NCBI GenBank assembly: GCA_012840355.1
Contig: DULN01000010.1
Span: forward strand, 226,683-290,682
Direction: 5' to 3'
Source of the DNA: Clostridiales bacterium
GTDB taxonomy: Bacteria; Bacillota; Clostridia; Oscillospirales; CAG-272
DNA: 64,000 nt
Made by a program: the position numbers and the translations under genes. The notes beneath the pieces are model-generated. The model saw nothing but the letters and a program-made list of their open reading frames with translations. It did not search any database and had not been told where the DNA came from. Positions 42,315 through 51,461 of this stretch are shown here, in pieces. The stretch's first letter is position 1; the number at the start of each line of letters is the position of its first letter.

Positions 42315-44132
42315 ATGTCCAAAATACTAAAATCCGTCTCGGGCGTACTGAGCGGTGCAGGCAGGGCAGCAAAAGCATATCCCGCTACCGTCCTTTGCGC
42401 CGTGGCGTTTGCCGTCATCAGCCTGCTACAGATACAATTTGACTTGTCAAGATACGAGTTCGTACTAAGCTGCATGAAATGGGCACTGGCGCTTGGCGCG
42501 ATATTCGGCATGGCGGCTGTTGCGGCGCAAGAGTGTTACTTTTCGCAAAAAAACGCGCCGCTCGCCTCCAACCTGCTCGCTCTCGGCGTCGCGGTGATTG
42601 TATATATTGCCCTATACTTAAGTGGCGCCGGCGAAGGCAGGGTCTCCGAAGCGGCCGGTATGCGCGTTTTAGCCGCTATGTTCGTTTCGATTGTAGCCTA
42701 TGTGATGATTGCCGGGCGCCGCTCGGAGGAGACAGACTTTGTTCGCTCGCTGTTTATGGCGCATAAATCGTTTTTCATTGCGTTCATATATGGGCTTGTG
42801 GCGTTGGTAGGCGCAAGCGGGGTCGCGGGCGCGGTACAGGGGCTCATTTACCCTGACATGTCTAGCAAGGTATACGGCTATATAACCACGCTCGCCGGGC
42901 TATTGGCGTTTCTGCTTTTCGTCGGATACTTCCCGCCACTCGGCGCAGGGAAGGCGCCCGAGCGCCGCGAGCAAGCGCAGCGTAAGCCACAGTTTATCGC
43001 CATGCTTCTCTCATATATCCTCATCCCCATAATGCTTGCGCTGACCGTGGTTCTTTTGATTTGGGCGCTGCTGAACGTTTTTGGGATAACAAAATCCGAT
43101 TTCGGCGAGCTTGCGGCTATCGCGGCGGCATATACCATCGGCGGGTTGTGGCTGCACGCGATGACGTCCGACAGCGAGGCTGGAGTGGCGAAGCTTTACC
43201 GAGCCGTCTACCCCGTAGCGGCGATTATAATACTCATCTTCGAAGCGTGGGCAGTAATAAGGCGCCTTTTGCTTTTCGGGCTTAAGACGACGGAGTATGC
43301 ATTCATACTGATTTGGGTTCTTGCGGCGGCAGGCAGCTTGCTGCTTTTAGCGATGCGCGACAGGGATAGGCGCAAGCAGGCGCACCGGGCGATCGCCGCC
43401 GTTGCGTGCGCGCTTGTCGTGGTAGCCGTGCTGCCCGCGGTCGGGTATATCGATCTGCCGGTCGCGGCGCAGGTGGCAAGGCTACAGTCGCTGCTTGAGA
43501 GTGAAGGTATGCTCAAGGACGGCAAGCTCATCCCCGCGGCTGAGATGCCAAGCCCTGCAGCCCGCGCCGCGATAACCGACGCGGTGGACTTTCTCGCATA
43601 CTCGGAAGGGAAGCTGCCCGCGTGGTTTGACAAAGATTTGGCATACGGCGAAGTCTTCCGCGAAAAGATGGGCTTTGACAAGCTTTGGCTCAATGAGGAC
43701 GGCACTCCGTCGGGGGGCGATTTGCCGCACGGGATTTTCCTTTACGCCGAGCCTGAGGCTATAAGAATCGAAGAATTCACTTGGGCGGTTAATTTGACCG
43801 GCAGGCAGGCAGACGTGGTCGTCAAAACAAACCGCGGCGAGTATATAATTTCATGGCAAAATACCGTCGACAAAGGCAGCCCAAGCATAAAGATAACGCT
43901 TGATGGCAATGTTGAAATCGAGCGTTCGCTTGAGGATTTTATAAGCCAGCTTGCGGACAAATACTCGGCAAGCAGCGATAAGGGCACCATAGCCCAAAGC
44001 GAGCTTTTGATCGAGCTTGAGGGGCAAAACATTTATGCCCTGTTGACTCTCTCCGAGGTGTCGATATCCGAATACGAAGGCAAGCGCAGCGTTTGGGTAT
44101 CGCCGTCGATGCTGTATATAAAAGAGAAGTAA
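42315..44132 (+). CDS. Large polytopic membrane protein (DUF4153-like) with a C-terminal soluble domain
   Basis: About 10-12 TM segments in the first 390 aa, then a soluble C-terminal region of about 210 aa. The DUF4153 assignment is from recollection of similar N-termini. RBS GGAGGT. Confidence 0.5.
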   Translation: MSKILKSVSGVLSGAGRAAKAYPATVLCAVAFAVISLLQIQFDLSRYEFVLSCMKWALALGAIFGMAAVAAQECYFSQKNAPLASNLLALGVAVIVYIALYLSGAGEGRVSEAAGMRVLAAMFVSIVAYVMIAGRRSEETDFVRSLFMAHKSFFIAFIYGLVALVGASGVAGAVQGLIYPDMSSKVYGYITTLAGLLAFLLFVGYFPPLGAGKAPERREQAQRKPQFIAMLLSYILIPIMLALTVVLLIWALLNVFGITKSDFGELAAIAAAYTIGGLWLHAMTSDSEAGVAKLYRAVYPVAAIIILIFEAWAVIRRLLLFGLKTTEYAFILIWVLAAAGSLLLLAMRDRDRRKQAHRAIAAVACALVVVAVLPAVGYIDLPVAAQVARLQSLLESEGMLKDGKLIPAAEMPSPAARAAITDAVDFLAYSEGKLPAWFDKDLAYGEVFREKMGFDKLWLNEDGTPSGGDLPHGIFLYAEPEAIRIEEFTWAVNLTGRQADVVVKTNRGEYIISWQNTVDKGSPSIKITLDGNVEIERSLEDFISQLADKYSASSDKGTIAQSELLIELEGQNIYALLTLSEVSISEYEGKRSVWVSPSMLYIKEK

Positions 44133-44150
44133 AAAACTAAAAAATAAAAA

Positions 44151-44175
44151 CCCCGCTTTCCCGGCGGGGTTTTTT
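44151..44175. terminator. Bidirectional intrinsic terminator
   Basis: ccccgc...gcgggg hairpin, flanked by aaaaataaaaa and tttttta. It lies between convergent genes. Confidence 0.7.
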
Positions 44176-44183
44176 ATGGGTAG

Positions 44184-45467
44184 TTATTTATAAAAATTCT
44201 GGTGCAGGCGGTCTACAAGCTTTAGCACGCTTCTTATGTAATCGTCAACCTCGCTTCCGCCCTCGTCAAGGTTGGTGAGTATCACGACCACATAGGGGTT
44301 TTTATCGAACACTATGCCCATGTCATGGTATGCATCCACATCCCAGCCGTATTTGTGCGCGACGGGCTTGCCCGGCACCGCTGCGGGTATGAGCACGCGG
44401 TGGTTGCTTTTGACCATCGCGTCGTACATAAACTGCGCGTATGGCGAGTCGCCACTAATAAACTCGTATATGGCGAGCATTACTTTGCCGCCGTCGGAAG
44501 CGGTCATCGTCGAAAGGTCCCGTCGCATTGCGGTCGTTCCAAGCCGCGACGCCAGCGCGCGGAAGCCATCGGTGCCGTATTTCTTTTTAAGCTGCGCATA
44601 CGCGACATTGTCGCTTTGCGAGAGCAAAAGCTCGATAAGCTCAAGGTATGTATACTCTGTACCCTCGGGCTGCTTTGTTATTATGCCCGAGCCAGTTTGA
44701 GCGTCCGCGGCGGTGTAGGTGTAAATCTCGTCGAAGTCGTAAACACGCTTTTCAGCTGAGCCTGTTATCTCCGCCGTCGCCGCCTCAAGAAGCGAGAGGG
44801 CAAACGGCGCTTTAAGGCAGCTTGCTGAGTAAAACACTTCGCCGTCGTTATATGAGTATGTATACCCGCGCGTTATGTCTTGGTAGAAGAGCGCTATTTT
44901 CGGGTACTCCTCAACTGTTACTTCGGCTTCTTCGCCTGTTTCTGTCGTCTCGAGCGTCTTTATCCGTCTCGGCGGCGCGCCGTTTTTGAGCAGCTCTTCA
45001 AGCTCGGAGATTATCTCAAACTGCGCGCTCATGTCGACTTTATATACCCGCCCGAGCCGCTCGAGGTCTTCGCGCATCCTGTTTATCTCGAGCTGTTTTT
45101 CTTCGAGCCGGGCTTCGAGATTTGAGATTTGTTCAAGCAGCTCCTTGTAGCGCTTGTCGGAGTCGGCGAATGAGCTTATAAGCTCATTTTTTTCTTTCTG
45201 GAGCTTAGCCGCCTCCCTCTCAAGCTCGATTATCCGCACCTCAAGCGAGCTTATCTCGGCTTCTGCGCTCTCCGATATGCTCTCTGCGTCATGCTCGAGG
45301 GTTTTATATGCCTCGGTCGCCGAGCTGTACCTTGCAACAAACACCAGCGCGACGGCGAGGGCTGCGGTAAAAAGCACCGCGAATACGGCGGCGAGAGCGG
45401 CGACCGGCGTGCCGTACTGAAGCCTGCGCCTGCTTGGCAAATTGCCCCTATTCATACTTGGCATCAC
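44184..45467 (-). CDS. Membrane-anchored coiled-coil + class-A beta-lactamase-related serine hydrolase
   Basis: N-terminal TM (VAALAAVFAVLFTAALAVALVFV), heptad-like region (EISSLEVRIIELEREAAKLQKEKNELI...), S-x-x-K motif SCLK, and a Beta-lactamase2-like C-terminus. Confidence 0.6.
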   Translation of the reverse strand: MMPSMNRGNLPSRRRLQYGTPVAALAAVFAVLFTAALAVALVFVARYSSATEAYKTLEHDAESISESAEAEISSLEVRIIELEREAAKLQKEKNELISSFADSDKRYKELLEQISNLEARLEEKQLEINRMREDLERLGRVYKVDMSAQFEIISELEELLKNGAPPRRIKTLETTETGEEAEVTVEEYPKIALFYQDITRGYTYSYNDGEVFYSASCLKAPFALSLLEAATAEITGSAEKRVYDFDEIYTYTAADAQTGSGIITKQPEGTEYTYLELIELLLSQSDNVAYAQLKKKYGTDGFRALASRLGTTAMRRDLSTMTASDGGKVMLAIYEFISGDSPYAQFMYDAMVKSNHRVLIPAAVPGKPVAHKYGWDVDAYHDMGIVFDKNPYVVVILTNLDEGGSEVDDYIRSVLKLVDRLHQNFYK

Positions 45468-45481
45468 TCCCCCAAGCAGCG

Positions 45482-46327
45482 CTAAAGCTCGCCTTCGGCA
45501 TGGCGCGTGACATGGCAGCCTATATTGACCGCGACCGGTAATCCGGCTATATGCGTTGGCCGGGCGATGATTTTGACCGCTAGCGCGGTAGTTCGCCCGC
45601 CGAAGCCTTGCGGTCCGATGCCGGTGGAGTTGATGCGCTCGAGCAGCTCTTCCTCAAGAGCGGCGTACCGCTCGTCGGGGTTGCGGTAGTCCGCCGGCAG
45701 CGTGAGAGCGCGCTTTGCGTCAAGCGCCGCCGACTCGAACGTGCCGCCGATGCCGACCCCTACGACGATTGGAGGGCAGGGGTCCCCGCCCGCTTTCTGC
45801 ACGGTTTCGACGACAAAATCCGACACGTCGCGGGCGGTCGCGGCCGGCGTGAACATTTTAATCGCGCTTTTGTTCTCGCTGCCAAATCCTTTCGGCGCGG
45901 CGATGATGCGCAGCTTGTTGCCTGGGACAATCCGCGTATGGATCACCGCCGGCGTGTTGTCGTTTGTGTTTTTCCTTGAAAACAGCGGGTCGCCTACGAC
46001 GGAGCAGCGCAAATACCCGCCGAGGTACGCAGCCCGCACGCCGGCGTTTATTGCCTCCTCAAAATTTCCGCCGGTAATATGCACGTCTTGCCCAAGCTCC
46101 ACAAAGACAACGGCAAGCCCGGTGTCTTGGCAGATAGGCACGTTATAGACTTTTGCGGCTTTGAGGTTTTCGCATAGCCGGCATAGGATTTGCTTTCCAA
46201 GCGGGTCGGGCTCGTTTTGCGAGGCGTCCTCAATAAGCCCCGCTAGGTCTGGGGGAAGGGTATAATTCGCTTCGACAAACAGTCGCTGGACAAGTTTTGT
46301 TATGTCGCTTGCTTTAATTTCCCTCAT
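45482..46327 (-). CDS. Fe-S hydro-lyase, fumarate hydratase/tartrate dehydratase alpha-type subunit
   Basis: VPICQDTGLAVVFVELG, GPQGFGG. The 281-aa length is typical of the alpha subunit. Confidence 0.8.
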   Translation of the reverse strand: MREIKASDITKLVQRLFVEANYTLPPDLAGLIEDASQNEPDPLGKQILCRLCENLKAAKVYNVPICQDTGLAVVFVELGQDVHITGGNFEEAINAGVRAAYLGGYLRCSVVGDPLFSRKNTNDNTPAVIHTRIVPGNKLRIIAAPKGFGSENKSAIKMFTPAATARDVSDFVVETVQKAGGDPCPPIVVGVGIGGTFESAALDAKRALTLPADYRNPDERYAALEEELLERINSTGIGPQGFGGRTTALAVKIIARPTHIAGLPVAVNIGCHVTRHAEGEL

Positions 46328-46385
46328 GTTTTGACCATAAATACTTACATGATCCGGTGCGGAGGAGCCGTACCGGAGCGCGGTT

Positions 46386-47627
46386 TTAAGCTTCTTTTTT
46401 GCCGTTTATCCATACGGCGGCGGGGCGGCTCATCACGTTCAGCGGGTCGCCCAGCCAGACCGCAAAATCTGCGTCTTTGCCGATCTCAAGCGAGCCGACG
46501 CGGCTGTCGATGCCTAAAATCTTAGCAGGGTTTATCGTGATGGCGCGCAGCGCGGCTTTTTTGTCCATGCCCGCGCGCACCGCGAGCGCGGCGCAAAGCG
46601 GCAAATACTGCAGTGGTATCACCGGATGGTCGGTCGTTATGCCGATCAGCACGCCGGCGCGGTCGAGTATGCCCGGTGTCTCAAATGACAGCGAGCGCAG
46701 CTCGGGCTTTGAGCGGTCGGAAAGCGTCGGGCCGGAAAATGCGGTGACGCCCTCCGCGGCAAGTATATCGGCGATAGCTGCGCCGTCGGTGCAATGCACG
46801 ATAGAAAAACGCAGGCCAAACTCCCGGGCTATCCGGATAGCGGTGAATATGTCGTCTGCGCGATGGGCGTGAAAATGCGCGGGCAGCTCTCCGCGGATTA
46901 CCGGGAGCAGTGCGTCGCATTTTGCGTCGTATTCGGGCTCGGAGGGCTCGTCCGGCTCGTCGTCGCCCGTGGCGCGGGCTTTCTCAAGCTCCCGGTTATA
47001 TTTGTCTAGCGCTATGCGATATTTGTTCCACGCTTGGTCATATTTTTTCGTTTTCTGCAAATATTCCCGGATGATGGACGCGGTAGCCATGCGGGTCTCG
47101 GGCGCTTGGTTTTTGCCGTGGTATACGTTTTTTGGGTTTTCGCCGAGCGCGAACTTCATCGCGACCGGCGCGGTGACGATCATGTCGTCAATCCGCTTGC
47201 CCGCGGTTTTGATAGCCGCAATCTGCCCGCCGATAGGATTGGCGCTTCCTGGACCGGCGGCGACGCAGGTTATGCCGCCAGCGCGCGCCTCTTCAAAGCA
47301 CCTGTCGAGCGGGTTGATGGCGTCGATAGCGCGGAGCTGGGCGGTGCAGGGGTCAGTAGCCTCGTTGACGTCGTCGCCCTCGAACCCTAGCGAGTCCTCG
47401 CAAAGCCCGAGGTGGGTATGCCCGTCGATAAATCCGGGGTAAATCGCGGCGTCGGGGCCGAAAGCCTTCTGCCCGTCGATGACTTCGCGCCCCTCGGGCA
47501 GGCTCGGCTCGCCCGGGCCTATGCCGGTGATTTTGCCGTCACAAAACGCGATGAAGCCGCGGTCGATGTCGCCGACCGACGGTGACATTGAGTAAATCGG
47601 TATGTTTTTTATTATTGTCGTCTTCAT
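46386..47627 (-). CDS. Amidohydrolase family protein (metal-dependent)
   Basis: PGFIDGHTHLGL metal-binding motif, HAHRADD, TTDHPV. Confidence 0.7.
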   Translation of the reverse strand: MKTTIIKNIPIYSMSPSVGDIDRGFIAFCDGKITGIGPGEPSLPEGREVIDGQKAFGPDAAIYPGFIDGHTHLGLCEDSLGFEGDDVNEATDPCTAQLRAIDAINPLDRCFEEARAGGITCVAAGPGSANPIGGQIAAIKTAGKRIDDMIVTAPVAMKFALGENPKNVYHGKNQAPETRMATASIIREYLQKTKKYDQAWNKYRIALDKYNRELEKARATGDDEPDEPSEPEYDAKCDALLPVIRGELPAHFHAHRADDIFTAIRIAREFGLRFSIVHCTDGAAIADILAAEGVTAFSGPTLSDRSKPELRSLSFETPGILDRAGVLIGITTDHPVIPLQYLPLCAALAVRAGMDKKAALRAITINPAKILGIDSRVGSLEIGKDADFAVWLGDPLNVMSRPAAVWINGKKEA

Positions 47628-47671
47628 GTTTCTCTGTATGTGATGAAGTATTTTTTTGAAAATACAAAATG

Positions 47672-48604
47672 TCAGTAGCGCCCGACTTCGGAAAGGTAGC
47701 GGCCCGCCGAAGTTGCGGCAAGCGCGCCGTCGGCGGTAGCCGTGACGATTTGCCGCAGCGGGGTATTGCGCACGTCACCCGCCGCGAACACGCCGGGAAT
47801 ATTAGTTCGCATGAGCGCGTCAACTTCGATGCTGCCGTCGGGCGCAAGCGCGATTGTGCCGGGCGGTATAAAAGAGGTGATTGGCGTGCTGCCGATAGCG
47901 ATGAATATCGCCGAAACGGGCAAAGAGAACTCGCTGCCGTCGGAGCGGCGCACGCGTATGGACTCGACTTTGTCGCCGCCTTCGATTTCCGAAACTGTCG
48001 CGCTCAGCACAAGCTCGACGTTGGGCTTTGATTTTGTGCGCTCGACGTTTATCGCCGAGCCGCGGAACTCATTCCTGCGGTGGATGAGGTACACTTTCCG
48101 GCATATCTCAGAAAGGTACTGCGCGTCTTCAAGAGCGGTGTCGCCGCCGCCGCATACCGCGACGTCAAGCCCTTTGAAAAACCCGCCGTCGCAGGTGGCG
48201 CAGTATGAAACGCCGCGTCCGGCGAGCCTTTCTTCGCCGGGCACGCCGAGCTTGCGGTTCTCAGAGCCGCTGGCGATGATAAGCGCCCGACAGGTGTACT
48301 CGCCCGAGTCGGTTATAACAGCCTTATCTGGCCCGTCGCCGAAACGCAGGCTTGTCACCTGCTCGTAAACTATTTTTGTCCCCGCTTCCTCGGCTTGGGT
48401 GAGCATTGCCATAGATAAGGACGGCCCTTCGGTGCCGGGAGTGCCGGGGTAGTTTTCGATTTCAAGCGTTTGGTTCAGCTTGCCGCCGGGCAGCCCGCCC
48501 TCGAAAAGGGTGACGGAGTAGCCGGCGCGGCGGCAGTACAAAGCGGCGGTAAGGCCTGCGGGGCCCCCGCCGATTACGATTACGTCGCTGTGAGTATCCA
48601 TCAT
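47672..48604 (-). CDS. trxB: Thioredoxin-disulfide reductase
   Basis: VIVIGGGPAGLTAALY, redox-active CATCDG, GGGDTALE, AAGDV. Confidence 0.9.
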   Translation of the reverse strand: MMDTHSDVIVIGGGPAGLTAALYCRRAGYSVTLFEGGLPGGKLNQTLEIENYPGTPGTEGPSLSMAMLTQAEEAGTKIVYEQVTSLRFGDGPDKAVITDSGEYTCRALIIASGSENRKLGVPGEERLAGRGVSYCATCDGGFFKGLDVAVCGGGDTALEDAQYLSEICRKVYLIHRRNEFRGSAINVERTKSKPNVELVLSATVSEIEGGDKVESIRVRRSDGSEFSLPVSAIFIAIGSTPITSFIPPGTIALAPDGSIEVDALMRTNIPGVFAAGDVRNTPLRQIVTATADGALAATSAGRYLSEVGRY

Positions 48605-48621
48605 TTTACCGGTCTTTTGTC

Positions 48622-48900
48622 CTATTTATCGTTATAAACTATTATTTCATCTGGCATGCAATATCCGAGCTTTTCCCGCGCAATCGAGATTATGTAGTCT
48701 TTGTCGTATGGGCTTTCGAGCAGCTCCTTTAATCCCTCGTTGAACTCCTCTTGCTCCTCAATTAACGCTGCAAGCTCGTCCCGCTGTTCGCGCAGTTTAT
48801 TAAAGTCAAATTGCAGCTTGACGATTGTAACAACGCAAAAGCTCACAAACGCGAGCACCGCGGCTTTTATAAATATATTTGAGAATTTATACTTTTTCAT
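48622..48900 (-). CDS. divIC: Septum formation initiator (FtsB/DivIC family)
   Basis: 92 aa: N-terminal TM, coiled coil (LREQRDELAALIEEQEEFNEGLKELL), and C-terminal IARE-KLGY motif. Confidence 0.7.
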   Translation of the reverse strand: MKKYKFSNIFIKAAVLAFVSFCVVTIVKLQFDFNKLREQRDELAALIEEQEEFNEGLKELLESPYDKDYIISIAREKLGYCMPDEIIVYNDK

Positions 48901-48911
48901 TTCTCGCGGTT

Positions 48912-49421
48912 TTATTTATAAAGCAGTTTATTATAGCGAACAAGCGTCCGTTTGGTATAGGCGGAAAGCAAAATGAGCCTTATCGCGTGCTCTATGCGGT
49001 CAAAAGCTGCGGCTGCAAGCTTTGCGATTGGCGAAAATAGAAAGAGCAGCAGCCGGCAAAACCGCCTTATGAGCTCCTTTATAAACGCGATTATCGCGTC
49101 CGCAACAGCCATAACGAGCCGGCCGACCGTGAAATAATAGGCGGCAAACCCGCCGATCATAAAGGCGATTGCGGAAAGGCGGATCCGGCCGGAATTAAAT
49201 TTGTAAAAGAAAATTGCCGATGCCGCGGTTGCGATTAAGAAAAAGAGGATGTCCTGAAAAAATACAAATAAAGCCGACGTGATGCTATTCTCCGCAAAGC
49301 GGGTGGCGCGCCGCAATATCCTAAAGAGGTCGAACAGCGCACCAAAAACGCAGCCCAGCGCCGCGGCGTAAACAAACAGTGCGGCAAGCTCGGTTTGCTC
49401 GACGTAAGTTATTATACCCAT
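48912..49421 (-). CDS. yabQ: Spore cortex biosynthesis protein YabQ
   Basis: Polytopic 169-aa protein with FDLFRILRR near TM1. Conserved position after yabP, with a 1-nt TAATG overlap. Confidence 0.65.
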   Translation of the reverse strand: MGIITYVEQTELAALFVYAAALGCVFGALFDLFRILRRATRFAENSITSALFVFFQDILFFLIATAASAIFFYKFNSGRIRLSAIAFMIGGFAAYYFTVGRLVMAVADAIIAFIKELIRRFCRLLLFLFSPIAKLAAAAFDRIEHAIRLILLSAYTKRTLVRYNKLLYK

Positions 49422-49693
49422 TATTTGCCCGATCCGAAGAGGCGGCGTTTTGCGGGCTTTACCGCTTGGTCGCTATAAAACAGTCCGGTGATTGTGCCTT
49501 CGACGATGAGCTTGCCTTCCTCAAGCTCGAGCTTGACGATGTTGAGGTTTTCGCCGTCGATGGTTAGTTCGCCGAGCTCGGTGCGCAGCGCTATTGTGCG
49601 GTCGTCGAAACTGATAACGCCGGTGACGCCGTCGAGCGTTGCGCGGTTTCTATTGTTTAAAATTAAGTTATGGGTGCCGGCTGTGCTGGTCAT
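49421..49693 (-). CDS. yabP: Sporulation protein YabP
   Basis: HNLILNNRNRATLDGVTGVISFDDRTIALRTELGELTIDGENLNIVKLELEEGKLIVEG. Start set to the ATG at 49693 (the track ORF is over-extended to 49870). Confidence 0.75.
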   Translation of the reverse strand: MTSTAGTHNLILNNRNRATLDGVTGVISFDDRTIALRTELGELTIDGENLNIVKLELEEGKLIVEGTITGLFYSDQAVKPAKRRLFGSGK

Positions 49694-49817
49694 TTTGCCA
49701 TACCATGCCTTTCTCGGGAGACTTGCGGTACAAGTATATTCGCGCGCCCCGCACGGTATGACTGAGCAAAGCCGCTGCTGCGGCAGCTTTGCGGAAAGCC
49801 GGGCTGCCCGCAGCCGT

Positions 49818-50066
49818 TTACGCTTCTTCGAGCACCTCGTACATTCCGGCGGCTTCGGCTTTCCCGGCATGCTCGCGGACGTCGAGCACCCGGACGCGCA
49901 GCTTGCGCGTGCCGAAGGTGATTTCGATTATGTCGCCCACTTTGACGTCGTACGACGCTTTGACAACCCTGCCGTTTACGGTAATATGTTCGTTGTCGCA
50001 GGCTTCGTTTGCGACAGTCCGGCGCTTTATGAGCCGGGACACTTTAAGAAATTTGTCAATTCTCAT
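49818..50066 (-). CDS. S4-domain RNA-binding protein (YabO/Hsp15-like)
   Basis: MRIDKFLKVSRLIKRRTVANEACDNEHITVNGRVVKASYDVKVGDIIEI. ATG at 50066; an upstream TTG at 50078 is also possible. Confidence 0.75.
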   Translation of the reverse strand: MRIDKFLKVSRLIKRRTVANEACDNEHITVNGRVVKASYDVKVGDIIEITFGTRKLRVRVLDVREHAGKAEAAGMYEVLEEA

Positions 50067-50172
50067 GTTTATGTGCAAAATGCGGATTTCGACGGTACAT
50101 TTGGAGAAGGGGGAAAAGCAGTATCGCCTTCCCCCGACGCCAAGTTATAAAAGCTAAAACTGTCTTTATGCC

Positions 50173-50460
50173 TTACTTGCCGGACGAAGATTTAAGGGTT
50201 TCCTTGAGCGTTTTGCCCGCGCTGAAAGTGACGTGCTTTGACGCAGCGATGGTCATCGGCTCGCCAGTGTAGGGGTTGCGGCCGACATGCTCGGCGCGGG
50301 TTTTGACTTCAAATGTCCCAAATCCCACTATCTGCACTTTTTCGCCCGAGGCGAGAGCGGAGATTATTGCGTCGATAACCGCGTTGACGGCTGTGTCCGA
50401 CTCTTTTTTAGTCATGCCGGTTTTTGCGGCAACTTCGGAGATAAGCTCGGATTTAGTCAT
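50173..50460 (-). CDS. hup: DNA-binding protein HU
   Basis: MTKSELISEVAAKTGMTKKESDTAVNAVIDAI...VQIVGFGTFEVKTRAEHVGRNPYTGEPMTI. Start at the ATG at 50460. Confidence 0.9.
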   Translation of the reverse strand: MTKSELISEVAAKTGMTKKESDTAVNAVIDAIISALASGEKVQIVGFGTFEVKTRAEHVGRNPYTGEPMTIAASKHVTFSAGKTLKETLKSSSGK

Positions 50461-50738
50461 TGCCAAAAATCCTTTCAAAGTGATTTAAGTTCAATGTATA
50501 GTGTATCATCTTTTGGCTATTTTATCAAGTGCTTTTATAAAATTCTGCGTATTTTCTACCGTTTTTTACAGTGAAAAAATATGCCAGCTCCGCCAGCCGC
50601 CGCAATTCACAAAGCCACTCGGTTTATGTCGGCGGGAGGGCTAGCCGGCTCGGCGACTCTGCGGCTTTTGGCAAAAGCGGAATCGACAAGTTTCGCCTAA
50701 AAAAGCAAAGTAAGCTTATGCTGCATTTTCGTTATTCG

Positions 50739-51461
50739 CTAAAACTTGCGGATGAACCGCTCGCAAGCGTCGTAAAGCGCCTGCTCTGGGTCGACGCCAT
50801 GCTTTTTAGCCGACGCGGCAAGCTCAAAAAGCAGCTCCCCGTAAAGCTCGTGCAGCTTTCCTTCGTCTTTGCCCTCGCAGCCCTCGGGCGAATACTTGGG
50901 GCTATACTTGCCGGTTTTCATCGCTTTGCCGGCGAGCTTTGCGGCGCGCATCAGTGCAGGAAGCGCGCGGGATACCCCGTCGAGCTCCTCGCGCAACGTG
51001 GACTGGTCCTTCGTTTGCCGCTTTATGGCGTCCCAATTTTTTATAACCGCCTCAGCAGTCTCGGCGACCGCAGCGCCGTCGCGCACCTCGCCGACCGCCG
51101 ACTCATTTTCGGAGGTTACCCCGAAAACGTGCGGGTGCCGCACGATGAGCTTTCGGCAAATCTCGTCTACCACGTCGGAATAGGAAAACTCGCCCGCCTC
51201 TTCGGCAATGCGCGCGTGAAAGATTACCTGCAGCAAAACGTCGCCAAGCTCCTCGCGCAGCATTGCCGGGTCGCGCTTGTCTATCGCCTCGACCGCTTCG
51301 TATACTTCTTCGATGAAGTTGTTCCTAATGCTTTCGTGCGTTTGCTCGATGTCCCATGGGCAGCCGCCCGGCATGCGGAGGATTGCCATTATCTCGAGCA
51401 AGTCCTCCGTCGTGTAGCGCTCTTTGTCAAGCAGCGCCGCCGCTTTTTCGCTTATGCTCAT
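50739..51461 (-). CDS. mazG: MazG nucleoside triphosphate pyrophosphohydrolase
   Basis: GGCPWDIEQTHESIRNNFIEEVYEAVEAID, ELGDVLLQVIFHA. 4-nt overlap with the tgt stop. Confidence 0.85.
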   Translation of the reverse strand: MSISEKAAALLDKERYTTEDLLEIMAILRMPGGCPWDIEQTHESIRNNFIEEVYEAVEAIDKRDPAMLREELGDVLLQVIFHARIAEEAGEFSYSDVVDEICRKLIVRHPHVFGVTSENESAVGEVRDGAAVAETAEAVIKNWDAIKRQTKDQSTLREELDGVSRALPALMRAAKLAGKAMKTGKYSPKYSPEGCEGKDEGKLHELYGELLFELAASAKKHGVDPEQALYDACERFIRKF

